Virus record (IMG/VR): IMGVR_UViG_3300025875_000014
Location: 3,840-67,839 of that record
Length of the DNA stretch: 64,000 bases
Direction: 5' to 3' (one strand)
DNA from: a virus
Lineage: Duplodnaviria > Caudoviricetes
Shown here piece after piece: positions 1 to 8,385 of the stretch. Within the stretch, counting starts at the first letter, position 1. Each line of letters begins with the position of its first letter. Under the pieces are notes generated by a model. It searched no databases. It worked only from the letters and a program-made list of their open reading frames with translations, and was not told the DNA's origin. The position numbers and the translations under genes were made by a program.

Positions 1-1
1 C

Positions 2-211
2 TCACAACTTCTCCCACTCGTCCGGGTGCTCGCGCTTCGTCTTCTCGACGTAGGCGGACCAGTCGCGTCGGGTCACGTGGCTGATGTTCTCGCCGTTGAT
101 GTCGACTGCCCGCAGCATGTCGCTCCACAGGGGGTCGGTCGCTTTGACGGTGCGCGTCTTCAGCGGCGGTTCGTCTCGTGGGCGATGAGGCACAACTAAG
201 GGTATCGACAT
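2..211 (-). CDS. ribbon-helix-helix-like DNA-binding protein
   Basis: 69 aa; TRTVKATDPLW strand-helix followed by GENISHVTRR, same pattern as the RHH ORFs at 6179 and 60707; TAGAGT -10 box 6 nt before the ATG. Confidence 0.55.
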   Translation of the reverse strand: MSIPLVVPHRPRDEPPLKTRTVKATDPLWSDMLRAVDINGENISHVTRRDWSAYVEKTKREHPDEWEKL

Positions 212-332
212 GCCGCCACTCTAGCGGGTGTACACGACGCGGCTACACCGTGTGTGTATTCTTCTGGCATGCAGCGGAGCCGCCGCCGCACCCATCCCCG
301 AAGGGAGCACGCATGAACCAGGACCGGTCCCC

Positions 333-470
333 GTGAAGGGCGGTCCGGGTGGGGCGTCGTTCCTCGCAGCCGTCGTGGTTGTCTGCCTGACTGTCTGGGT
401 CATCTTCCTCGCTTCGGGCGAGGCCGACCCCCGCGTTGTCGACGCTTGGCTCGGCAGCCGACATGGCTAA
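333..470 (+). CDS. small membrane protein
   Basis: GTG start; one hydrophobic stretch FLAAVVVVCLTVWVIFLA; overlaps next gene start. Confidence 0.5.
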   Translation: MKGGPGGASFLAAVVVVCLTVWVIFLASGEADPRVVDAWLGSRHG

Positions 471-915
471 GTCGCAGTTCGTGAGCGACCAGCAGACGGT
501 CGCTTGGCTAGCACGCCACAAGGTCGGGCTGCTGTCAGTCCTCGCTGGCGTTGTCGCTGGTGAGTTCTGGATGGTGCACCTGACTGGGCTCTACCTGCCG
601 ATCTCTGGCATGATCATGTTCGCCCTGCTCGCCTACGGGATCCGGTGGCTGGCCGGCCTCGCCTGGTGGTGGAACCGTCGGAGGATTCTGCTCGCCAAGC
701 ACAGCCTGCCCGCCCCCGGACCCGTCGAGATGTGGCGGCGTCGCAGCGAAGAGCGTAAGAAGATGCGCTACGTCACGAAGCAGTGGAACGCGTTCTGCAC
801 CGCCAACGGCATCGTCGGCACCGGGAAGATCGTTCCCAAGCTCCACCAGTTCGCGGCCACCGTGAACGGCGACCTCACCGCAGTCATCTCCCCCGGTGCG
901 ATCGGCGTCAAGGAC
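463..915 (+). pseudogene. truncated membrane protein resembling the N-terminus of actinobacterial FtsK/TraB-like translocases
   Basis: two TM segments then W-x2-FC-x3-GI...P-x-L; protein-like sequence ends abruptly at about nt 915 and no P-loop follows. Confidence 0.4.
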
Positions 916-965
916 TCGGGCCGAGGCTGCGGATCCGCTCGACGGCTGTCATGCCAGCAGCGTGC

Positions 966-1160
966 ATGGCTGAGATGCTCGGCAGGCCGCTACTACCCGG
1001 CGAGCAGGTTCACCACCGCAACGGCGTCAAGGACGACAATCGCCCAGAGAACCTCGAGTTGTGGGTTGTCTCGCAGCCGTCAGGCCAACGCCGCGAAGAT
1101 CTCGTGGCCTGGGCGTGGGAGATCATCCGCAGGTACGACAGTGAGAAGGGTGCAGAATGA
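966..1160 (+). pseudogene. HNH endonuclease C-terminal fragment
   Basis: MAEMLGRPLLPGEQVHHRNGVKDDNRPENLELW is the HNH_3 core; the usual N-terminal part is missing. Confidence 0.75.
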
Positions 1161-1405
1161 TCTGGTTTCTAGTTGGTCTCGTGGTCGGGCTGGTGCTCGG
1201 AACTATCACGACGGCGCGTCACCTTCGGAAACCGCAGCCTGTCGCTCCCGCAACGGAACGCCAGCTCGCCTACATCGATCGACTAGAGGGCGAGACCGGT
1301 GAGCATGCTGACTGCACCGGTTACAACGTTGATCAGGCCAGCACCTACATTGATCGCTTGCTCAAGGTTAGGGCTGAGGACGAGGCCGGGGATGAAGATG
1401 ACTGA
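1157..1405 (+). CDS. membrane-anchored hypothetical protein
   Basis: N-terminal TM; ATERQLAYIDRL...QASTYIDRL internal repeat; ATGA overlap with upstream ORF. Confidence 0.65.
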   Translation: MIWFLVGLVVGLVLGTITTARHLRKPQPVAPATERQLAYIDRLEGETGEHADCTGYNVDQASTYIDRLLKVRAEDEAGDEDD

Positions 1406-1447
1406 ACTGTCAGCGGCCAGTGACACGATGCGAGCAGGAGGCACACC

Positions 1448-1924
1448 ATGACCGAGGGCTTGATCTCAACCTATGAGGGCCGCATGATCCTGTGCGGCAT
1501 CCTCGCGTTCCTCGGCGTGCTCGGCAGCATCGCCCTCACCCTTGCCACGCATGTACGCAAGGGGCTGCCCCTCACGACGCAGACCGACCGCGTGACCGGC
1601 GTCAAGGAGCACGGGTTTTTTCGCTGGTTTGTCACCTTCGCCGCATTCCTCGCCGGCCCTTGGCTGCTGCTCATGTTCGCCATGACCGGCACCCACTACG
1701 TCCTGATGCTGTGGCACTGGGCGGTTGCGAACTGGGGCGTCCTCGTCATCGCCGCCGCCGCTAGCTCGCTCGCTGTCGGCGCATGGGTCCTGCGCCGCAC
1801 TAGCCGCCACGAGCTTGCCGTCGAGCCGAACGCCCTAGCCGCGTCTGTCCCCGCGCCTGCCGTGGCCGCACAGCCCCTCGGGTGGTCGCTTGACCCCAAC
1901 GCGCCGCAGTGGAGCGACCGGTGA
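1448..1924 (+). CDS. multi-pass membrane protein
   Basis: GGAGG RBS; 3-4 hydrophobic segments. Confidence 0.7.
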   Translation: MTEGLISTYEGRMILCGILAFLGVLGSIALTLATHVRKGLPLTTQTDRVTGVKEHGFFRWFVTFAAFLAGPWLLLMFAMTGTHYVLMLWHWAVANWGVLVIAAAASSLAVGAWVLRRTSRHELAVEPNALAASVPAPAVAAQPLGWSLDPNAPQWSDR

Positions 1925-2097
1925 GGATGCTCGGTCGGCTGGGCTGGTTCGGTCAATGCTCCTGCTGCAACGGACCTAGAGGCAAACACGAGATGAAGCG
2001 GCTTGAGGAACGTCAGTGGCGCAAAGAGGCGCTAGACGCACGCCCGCCCCCGTGGACGGCTCCTGCGGTCGAAGGGAACTGGAGCGACCGCGTATGA
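1921..2097 (+). CDS. hypothetical protein
   Basis: GTGA-coupled start; CSCC motif. Confidence 0.55.
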   Translation: MRMLGRLGWFGQCSCCNGPRGKHEMKRLEERQWRKEALDARPPPWTAPAVEGNWSDRV

Positions 2098-2258
2098 GCG
2101 ACCAAGAGAAGTGCATCGGACGGATGCGCAAAGAGAAGGATCGCGCTGCTGACGGTCTGGGCGGCTGTCTTCGCTGCGGCCTCGGCCCGTGTCGCGACCC
2201 CGAGATGGCTGCCGAACTGGGGCGCATGCTTGCGAAGTACACCAAGAAACGGGCCTAG
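2094..2258 (+). CDS. small Cys-rich hypothetical protein
   Basis: ATGA-coupled; CLRCGLGPC motif. Confidence 0.55.
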   Translation: MSDQEKCIGRMRKEKDRAADGLGGCLRCGLGPCRDPEMAAELGRMLAKYTKKRA

Positions 2259-2262
2259 ACGC

Positions 2263-2305
2263 ACAGCAGCCCCGGACCCTTCGCGGGAGTCCGGGGCTGC
2301 TTGCT
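2263..2305. terminator. bidirectional hairpin between convergent operons
   Basis: GCAGCCCCGGAC...GTCCGGGGCTGC inverted repeat between stops at 2258 and 2311. Confidence 0.75.
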
Positions 2306-2310
2306 GTCTG

Positions 2311-2592
2311 CTACCCGTTCCGGTCCGCGTTGGCTAGTTCAAGCCTCTCCCACTCGAGAAGGTTGGCGAGATGCAGGAACTCAACTGCGTGTTCATCTTT
2401 CGGGTCAGCGTGAACCACCGTCCGCAAGGCTTCGGCGGCGTTCCGAAGTTTCTCGTCTTGGGTCAATGGGCGGTTAGGGGGAGCCGCGTTGCCCATTCGT
2501 CCATTGACGCAGATGTGGTGATGAAGCCAGCCACTCTTATCGACAACGAACGGACCGCGCCCGCAGCGGTCACACATGCGCTGGGCAACCAT
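2311..2592 (-). CDS. hypothetical protein with CxxC/HxC putative Zn site
   Basis: CDRCG...HHHIC; coupled to upstream gene. Confidence 0.6.
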   Translation of the reverse strand: MVAQRMCDRCGRGPFVVDKSGWLHHHICVNGRMGNAAPPNRPLTQDEKLRNAAEALRTVVHADPKDEHAVEFLHLANLLEWERLELANADRNG

Positions 2593-2888
2593 CAGGGCTC
2601 GCGCTTCTCGACCAGCAGCAGAAGTTCGAGCACGGCTGCGTAAGCCTCACCCGAAGCCTTGTGGCAGGCGCGCTCGGTCCGGCTCGCCGTAGTGGATGCA
2701 GCGGCCACGAACTTCTGGGCGGCAGCCATTGCCCGAACCATGCCGATCACCTCGGCCAGCGTCGGCAGGGGTTCGGCATTAAGCCGCTTGGACCCGCTGC
2801 GGATAGGGAAAGGGTTGTCGAGGTGCGGCTCAGCCTCTGCTGCGGCTGCCCTCAGCGCATTCAACCGCGCCGTGACTTCTTCGTTCAT
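2592..2888 (-). CDS. hypothetical protein
   Basis: ATG at 2888 overlapping the GH113 stop. Confidence 0.6.
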   Translation of the reverse strand: MNEEVTARLNALRAAAAEAEPHLDNPFPIRSGSKRLNAEPLPTLAEVIGMVRAMAAAQKFVAAASTTASRTERACHKASGEAYAAVLELLLLVEKREP

Positions 2889-3937
2889 CTCGGAACCTTC
2901 CCGCCGAAGTACCCGGCGATCGTCTTCTCGGCAGGCTTCCCCTGCCACGAGAACGACGTGTCCGCCGCCCCACCATCCGTGGTCGCATTCATCGTGCGGT
3001 AAAGCATTACACCGTCAACCTCAGACCATCCTTCCACCGTGTGCAGCAGAGCATGAAACCACCGCTCCTGCACCTTCAGATCCACCTTCGCCGCCGCAAC
3101 CTCAGCCGGCGTCTTAGCGAACCGGTCATCCCACGCAATCGACCGCAACCCCGTCTCAGCCAGCACGATCCGCTTCCCGTACCGCTTCTTCGCCGACTTG
3201 AACTCGCCATGATCCTGCGCAAGTTTCCGCTTCAAGTCCCCGTAGGTCGCGCCCTCCTTCGGCACACGCGGATACCAAGTCGCCGAGATGTAGTCGAGCT
3301 TCTTGACCCACTTCGGATCCAGCAGCAGCAACTCGTCCCCCGTGTGCGCGGCGTACGTCAACTTCATCCGCCGCCCAGGGTCAGCCGCACGCAGAGCCGC
3401 GATCGTCTTCAGCCACCGCGCCGTGTTGCCCTTCGCCGTCATCCCCTTCTGCTCGATACCGATGATCAGCGTGTCCGCACCCTCATCGAGACCGATCCCC
3501 TGGTACTTCAGCAGCCACTTCGTCCACTCGCGGAACTCCACATCCGACCCGGGAATCTTCGCCCGCCACGAATGATCGACCAACTCCAGATGCGGCGCGA
3601 TCACCACACCCAAGCCGCACGCTCGAGCGTTGCGGATCGCCTGACGGAACTGCACATCCGTCGCCGTCGGCTCCACGTTCTTCTTCGCCTTCCGCTTCGT
3701 GATCACCCGCGACGTCGGCGTGTCCTGGATGAGGACCGGGTTCAGCGTGACGTGGTTTAAGCCCGTCGTCTTCAGGTCGCAGTAGACGGCCTTCACGCTG
3801 GCCGAGTCGAGCTGCTGGCCCGGCATCGCCTGGATGTTCGCCGACTGCATGTGGTTGCCCTTCACGTCCGCGTGAGCAGGCACGGCGACAGCAGCGAGGA
3901 CGAGGCCAGCAGCGAGGGCCGGGAGGATGCGCTTCAC
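2885..3937 (-). CDS. secreted glycoside hydrolase, GH113/GTA TIM-barrel-like (beta-mannanase-like)
   Basis: Sec signal MKRILPALAAGLVLAAVAVPAHA; LIIGIE (acid/base Glu), LTYAA, ISATWYP, VLAETGLRS (nucleophile Glu), FSWQGKPAE. Confidence 0.75.
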   Translation of the reverse strand: MKRILPALAAGLVLAAVAVPAHADVKGNHMQSANIQAMPGQQLDSASVKAVYCDLKTTGLNHVTLNPVLIQDTPTSRVITKRKAKKNVEPTATDVQFRQAIRNARACGLGVVIAPHLELVDHSWRAKIPGSDVEFREWTKWLLKYQGIGLDEGADTLIIGIEQKGMTAKGNTARWLKTIAALRAADPGRRMKLTYAAHTGDELLLLDPKWVKKLDYISATWYPRVPKEGATYGDLKRKLAQDHGEFKSAKKRYGKRIVLAETGLRSIAWDDRFAKTPAEVAAAKVDLKVQERWFHALLHTVEGWSEVDGVMLYRTMNATTDGGAADTSFSWQGKPAEKTIAGYFGGKVPR

Positions 3938-4401
3938 GAACGGACCATCCCTTGCCGAGATGCCATCTTGGCGTATCGGTCGTAGATGACGATGGAACCC
4001 GCTACGGCGACGTTCATCGACTGCGGCGCAGGGGTAGGAATCTGCACAAGGTGATGACAGCGGTCAGTCACTGCGGGCGGCAGGCCGTGGTCCTCAGCGC
4101 CGAGCAGGTAGATTCCGCGCTCCGGGTGCGTGAAGTCGTTTAGCATCCGCGCTCGCGGGTCCAGTTCGACGCCGATGAGTGGAGCCGAGAAGGGCAAGTG
4201 CTTGATCAGATCCGAGAGGTCTTCGAAGTGGAACAGCGGCTTGTGCTGCGGGGTGTTCATCGTGTCCGCCGCACGGCGCTGATAACGCAAGCCGACCGTG
4301 AAGACGAACGCTGCTCCGTAGAGGTTTGCCGTTCGGTAGAGGCTGCCGACATTTACCTCGGTCTTCGGGTGGTAGACGCCGATGGCGAAGTACCCCCTCA
4401 C
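3934..4401 (-). CDS. SpoU/TrmH-family (SPOUT) RNA methyltransferase
   Basis: NVGSLYRTA, LLGAEDHGL and IP...SMNVAVAGSIVIYD SPOUT motifs. Confidence 0.9.
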   Translation of the reverse strand: MRGYFAIGVYHPKTEVNVGSLYRTANLYGAAFVFTVGLRYQRRAADTMNTPQHKPLFHFEDLSDLIKHLPFSAPLIGVELDPRARMLNDFTHPERGIYLLGAEDHGLPPAVTDRCHHLVQIPTPAPQSMNVAVAGSIVIYDRYAKMASRQGMVRS

Positions 4402-5051
4402 GAAAGGTTCGCCACGTCGGAGGCCACGTGCTCACCGACCACCCGGTAACCAGCGTCTGAAGGATGCCCGGTGGCCTGGTCGACGTAAGGGTTGTCCTTC
4501 CACGCAATGCCCGGTCGAAACCAGCCCTCGCCGATCGCGTCGATGAACGGCACATCCGCAGCCCACGCCGCAGCCCGGAGCTTGTCGTTCACCTTCACCG
4601 TCGCCGCATCCGGTGTACCCGAGATCGCAGTCGGACCCACGACGACGATCAGCGCCGACGGATACCGCTTCTTCGCGGCCTTCAGCGTCATGTTCGCGTT
4701 CGACGCCAGCGTGCTCACATACGCCTTGTCGTTCGTCGACCCTTGGAGGATCACCACGTCGTACGCATCCGCAGGGTGACGGTAGACGCGCTGGCCGAAC
4801 GTGTTGTCGCCGTACGTCGTCCGGTTCACGTAGCCGCTGCCCCCCTTCCCATCCTGCGTCAGCGGCATGCCGAGCAGAGACGCAGTGACGGGAGCCCAGC
4901 CGAGGCCGTTACTCGAGACGCGGTCGCCGACACCCTCCGTCCACGAATCGCCGATGACGAGCAGGCTGTCAGTGGCAGCCTCAGCCGGGACCGCCACCGT
5001 CAACGACGCGGCGATCAGGGGCAGGGCTAGCGGGGCGAGGGTGTGCTTCAC
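4398..5051 (-). CDS. secreted SGNH/GDSL hydrolase (esterase/deacetylase)
   Basis: signal peptide ending PAEA; blocks IGDSW, GGSG, QGSTND, GHP. Confidence 0.85.
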   Translation of the reverse strand: MKHTLAPLALPLIAASLTVAVPAEAATDSLLVIGDSWTEGVGDRVSSNGLGWAPVTASLLGMPLTQDGKGGSGYVNRTTYGDNTFGQRVYRHPADAYDVVILQGSTNDKAYVSTLASNANMTLKAAKKRYPSALIVVVGPTAISGTPDAATVKVNDKLRAAAWAADVPFIDAIGEGWFRPGIAWKDNPYVDQATGHPSDAGYRVVGEHVASDVANLS

Positions 5052-5287
5052 GACTCGCCCTGGTTTGCGGCGCGGACCTTCGTGGCTGCCTCGATACACT
5101 CGCGCGCGATACGTAGCAGTTCCATTTCCGTCAGGGGAACTCTCACAACCCGCGATGACTTGCCGACGAATAGCGCCAGCTCGGGGCGGGGGTGGTGTCG
5201 AACATGGCGTCGCGTCTCGGGGTCAAGCGTCTCCGTGGGGGCTTCAATGCGCCCTAGGCGGTACTGAGGTTTTGCTTGTACGTTCAT
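5048..5287 (-). CDS. hypothetical protein
   Basis: GTGA overlap with SGNH gene. Confidence 0.55.
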   Translation of the reverse strand: MNVQAKPQYRLGRIEAPTETLDPETRRHVRHHPRPELALFVGKSSRVVRVPLTEMELLRIARECIEAATKVRAANQGES

Positions 5288-5459
5288 GTTCAGCCGATCC
5301 TTTGGTCGTGATCCATTGGGTTAGGTCAGCCCTCGTCACGCACGCCAGTGCGGGGCGAGGGCGCTTGCTGCTTGCGGTAAGGGTTAGACGGCACGGGTCC
5401 ACGCATCCAGAGTGTCCGGGCGCTCACGAAGCCACCGCTCCCGCTCCTCGTCGGTCACG

Positions 5460-5603
5460 TCACTCATCGCGAGACTCCTGGTCGGGCTGGTCAGCGAGGG
5501 AGAGCAGGGCCTCGTGGCTCATCGCCGCTCGCATGATGTCGTAAGCGTGCACATAACCGCCGGCGCGGTAGCCCTCTAGTGCGATGTCTTCACAGGTCCC
5601 CAC
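5460..5603 (-). CDS. small protein, LADQP(E/D)Q-tail family
   Basis: GTG overlaps the upstream gene end; ends LADQPDQESRDE. Confidence 0.5.
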   Translation of the reverse strand: MGTCEDIALEGYRAGGYVHAYDIMRAAMSHEALLSLADQPDQESRDE

Positions 5604-5907
5604 CGTTCTCGATTCGCTCCGCCTGATCGTGTAGCCACCCCTTGATCGCCCACCCGGTTTGCTTGTCGTCGCCAGCCCACCGCAGCGCCTTGACGGCTCC
5701 CCCGCGCTCCGCAGCCTCGACCCGGCGCAGCAGCTCGGCGCGCTCCGCCAGCAGCCACGCGAGGTCAGCGGGAGCGTTGGCCGCAACTTCGTCGCACGCT
5801 CTGATGTGAGCCCAGAGCGCATCTCCGCGCAACCACTCGCTGCCTTCTTCCGTTGACGCTGCTGCGAGGCGTGCGCTGATCTGCGCGGCGCGGTCGACGT
5901 CAGGCAT
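5590..5907 (-). CDS. hypothetical protein, VKALR...IENGGDL paralogue family
   Basis: shares DRAxQISARLAA and VEAAERxGAVKAL with 7644-8111, and its C-terminus with 6322, 8667 and 10793. Confidence 0.7.
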   Translation of the reverse strand: MPDVDRAAQISARLAAASTEEGSEWLRGDALWAHIRACDEVAANAPADLAWLLAERAELLRRVEAAERGGAVKALRWAGDDKQTGWAIKGWLHDQAERIENGGDL

Positions 5908-6115
5908 CGGGCGTCCAGTCGGTGCAGTCCTCGACCAGGTACGAACCCATCACGGCCTCCCACACAGCTTTTTCCGCGTCACGGTTGCCACGGCGCAGGC
6001 TGGACAGGTCAAGCTCCTGACAGTGGCGGTCGTCGGGACCCGTGCCCCACCAGAGGGCGTCGGCACCCTGCGCGTTCTTCGCTAGGAACAAGTGCGGTTC
6101 GGTACTCTCGGCCAT
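5900..6115 (-). CDS. hypothetical protein
   Basis: AAGGAG RBS upstream. Confidence 0.65.
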   Translation of the reverse strand: MAESTEPHLFLAKNAQGADALWWGTGPDDRHCQELDLSSLRRGNRDAEKAVWEAVMGSYLVEDCTDWTPDA

Positions 6116-6178
6116 GCTGACTCCTTAGTTGGTCGGCCACGCCCCCGGTCAGTTCGACGCTGACGCGGGGGTCTTGCG

Positions 6179-6325
6179 TTACTTGGACTTCTTGACGTAC
6201 GCGGCAGCAGCGCGGCGCACAATCTCGCTGGCAGACTCACCGTTCGCCTTCGCTGCCGCGATGAACTCCTGCCGTAACTGGCGAGGCAGACGGAACGTCG
6301 TCGGCACCATCGGCTCTTCGGTCAC
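6179..6325 (-). CDS. ribbon-helix-helix DNA-binding protein
   Basis: not in ORF track; VTEEPMVPTTFRLPRQLRQEFIAAAKANGESASEIVRRAAAAYVKKSK; GTGA-coupled; followed by hairpin at about 6141-6172. Confidence 0.75.
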   Translation of the reverse strand: MTEEPMVPTTFRLPRQLRQEFIAAAKANGESASEIVRRAAAAYVKKSK

Positions 6326-6603
6326 CAGTCAGCCCCGTTCTCGATCGCGTCGGCGCGGGCTAATGCGTTGAAGTAAGGCCATGTTGCACCGCGTCCCCAG
6401 CAGTCATCGGCAAAGCCACGCAACTCCTTGACGACGGCTGCGCGGGTCCGGTCGGGCTCGGTGAGGACGGTGTGCGCGAGGTCACGGATGCCATCGACTC
6501 CCGGGTCTCCATCTCCGGCGTCGATGTCAGCAAACGCCTCCGCAAGCCATTGCTGCGCCTCCTGTGGGGTGACGATGCGCGGGGCGGTCTGCTCGGTGCT
6601 CAT
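6322..6603 (-). CDS. TEPDR/ADAIENGAD paralogue
   Basis: PRIVTPQEA, LAHTVLTEPDRTRAAVVKELR, ADAIENGADW. Confidence 0.75.
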   Translation of the reverse strand: MSTEQTAPRIVTPQEAQQWLAEAFADIDAGDGDPGVDGIRDLAHTVLTEPDRTRAAVVKELRGFADDCWGRGATWPYFNALARADAIENGADW

Positions 6604-6639
6604 GCCCTCATCATGGCACACCGCCATACGTCAGCGCAA
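6604..6639 (-). promoter_or_regulatory. leaderless sigma70-type promoter
   Basis: TTGCGC-N18-CATGAT-N6-ATG on the minus strand. Confidence 0.5.
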
Positions 6640-6685
6640 TACGTCTAGCCTGCGAGTCTTTGACCGAGAATCTGCATTCGACGGG

Positions 6686-7324
6686 TCAGACGCCGAGCGA
6701 CTTCTCCACAGCCCGCACCGTCGACGCGTACCACTGCTTCCCCGCCTGCGACGTCGGCTCGGCACGCTCGTTCAGCAGCCCCGAGATGTGACGGTACGAC
6801 CGCCCCTCCTGCCGCAGCACCCGGATGAACGTCGCCGTCTCCTCGCTCACCCCAGACGGCCGGCCCAACACCTTGCCCTGAGACTTCGCCACCGCCAGAG
6901 CAGCCTTCGTCCTCGAGGCGATCATCCGCCGCTCCCACTGAGCCAACGCCATGATGATGTTCGCCAGCAGCTCGCCGTTGATCGTGGACGTGTCAATACC
7001 AAGGTCGAGCGCAACGATCGACCAGCCGTTGTTCTGGCCGCGCTCCATCAGCCGAGCGAAGTCGAGCAGGCTACGCGACAAGCGGTCGAGTTTGCTGATG
7101 ACCAGGACGTCAGCCTCGCCAGCGTCGAGCGCCTTCAACATCTTCTCCAGCTCAGGACGCCGCCTCATCGACTTCCCAGACGCGACGTCCACGAAGATCT
7201 CGCCCATGTCCCAATGTCGGTAGGCGACGTCGGCCACGATCTTCTCGCGCTGATCCGCCAGGCCGTAGCCGCGCTCACCCTGGCGGTCTGTAGAGACGCG
7301 GCAGTAGCCGAACGCGGTCGTCAC
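6686..7324 (-). CDS. small serine recombinase (resolvase/invertase family)
   Basis: GYCRVST (catalytic Ser), RRPEL, KLDRLSRS, ERRMIASRT, GRP and a short C-terminal HTH-like tail; 212 aa. Confidence 0.92.
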   Translation of the reverse strand: MTTAFGYCRVSTDRQGERGYGLADQREKIVADVAYRHWDMGEIFVDVASGKSMRRRPELEKMLKALDAGEADVLVISKLDRLSRSLLDFARLMERGQNNGWSIVALDLGIDTSTINGELLANIIMALAQWERRMIASRTKAALAVAKSQGKVLGRPSGVSEETATFIRVLRQEGRSYRHISGLLNERAEPTSQAGKQWYASTVRAVEKSLGV

Positions 7325-7647
7325 TGCTCGGGCTGGTCGGCGAGAAGTTCCTGGATCCTCTGCGCCGCCGCTGCCCGGGTCATAGTGTCGAGGTTTGCGG
7401 TGGGGCCGCTAGCGAGCCAGCGCGACTCTGCTTCAACCCGCGCCACCTTGCCCTGAAGGTCGAGCGCGAGAGTTGCGAGATCGTCAATCAGTGGAGCGAG
7501 GTGTGTTGCTAGCAGTAACGCGTGGTTGTACGAGCCGTTGCCTATCACCACCGGACACCCAGCGGATTCCATCAGCCGCACAAGAACCGTACCTGTCGGA
7601 TCGGTCAGCACCTTGGCGGGGTCGAGGCCGTTCTGCTCGGCGGTCAC
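7321..7647 (-). CDS. hypothetical protein, KVARVEA...LADQPEQ family
   Basis: GTGA-coupled on both sides; motifs shared with 17192 and 18468. Confidence 0.65.
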   Translation of the reverse strand: MTAEQNGLDPAKVLTDPTGTVLVRLMESAGCPVVIGNGSYNHALLLATHLAPLIDDLATLALDLQGKVARVEAESRWLASGPTANLDTMTRAAAAQRIQELLADQPEQ

Positions 7648-8111
7648 AGGGTCGCGCCGTTCTCTTGCGCAGACTGGCAGTCGAGGGCACGAATCGAGGT
7701 TGCGGCGGCGTTGGCTGCTTCCTGGATTAACTCGACGTGCGACTTCGGCTGCCACTTAGGATCGGTGTCGCTCCACCTCTCCGTGTGGTGGTAGCCCTTT
7801 CCTGCGGCGCAGACGGCGGAAAGAGTGCGGTCTACTGCACCCACGCCAGTCAGATCGAAGCCGAAGTAGTAAGCGTGGTCGCGCAACTGCTCCTCTGCGG
7901 GAGACTGCAAAGCGGCGATTTCCTCTGCCAGCGCCTTGACCGCTCCCGCGCGCTCCGCAGCCTCAACTCGGGCCAGCAACTCGGCGAGGGTCGCGTGGTC
8001 GATCATGTAAGCGCAGTCGCCTTCGCTGCCGTCGTGCTCGTGGTACAGGTCGCAGGTCATCGCTGCAAGGCGGGCGCTGATCTGGTCGGCGCGGTCGGTC
8101 TCTGTCATCAT
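7644..8111 (-). CDS. hypothetical protein, paralogue of 5590-5907
   Basis: RBS present; DRADQISARLAA and VEAAERAGAVKAL. Confidence 0.7.
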   Translation of the reverse strand: MMTETDRADQISARLAAMTCDLYHEHDGSEGDCAYMIDHATLAELLARVEAAERAGAVKALAEEIAALQSPAEEQLRDHAYYFGFDLTGVGAVDRTLSAVCAAGKGYHHTERWSDTDPKWQPKSHVELIQEAANAAATSIRALDCQSAQENGATL

Positions 8112-8136
8112 TTCCCCTAGTCAGACCCCATTTGGA

Positions 8137-8190
8137 GGGGTACTTGCTGTACACCTGAACCTAATGTACACCAGTGTTGAATGGGTGTAC
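8137..8190. promoter_or_regulatory. repeated TGTACACC boxes in the divergent control region
   Basis: TGTACACC at 8148 and 8165, inverted GGTGTAC at 8184; locally AT-richer intergenic DNA. Confidence 0.5.
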
Positions 8191-8349
8191 GCGTGAGCAG
8201 AACAACCCGATCGTGTTACCTTGAGTTTTGGCAGAGCGTTCTGAAACACGGACGTGGTCACCACTTCGAGCGGCCCCGTGCCTGTGCCCCACCTACTGGG
8301 GGTGCAGTACCGGGGCCGCTGCGGTTGTCGAGCTAGTTGGCCCAACGTC

Positions 8350-8385
8350 TTGCACGCCGCGTGCATAGAGTCTACAGTCGGGGGC
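8350..8385 (+). promoter_or_regulatory. leaderless sigma70-type promoter
   Basis: TTGCAC-N17-TACAGT-N7-ATG. Confidence 0.7.

Noticed and set aside
1910-2090. TGGAGCGACCG repeated at two consecutive gene ends
   Set aside because: Only 11 bp and two copies in GC-rich DNA; may just serve as an RBS-like GGAG for coupled starts.
6686-7324. Calling the recombinase an integrase
   Set aside because: At 212 aa it lacks the large recombinase and zinc-ribbon domains; no att core could be identified.
6428-7456. 342-aa plus-strand ORF
   Set aside because: Antisense shadow of the recombinase; Arg/Pro-rich with no motifs, typical of high-GC DNA.
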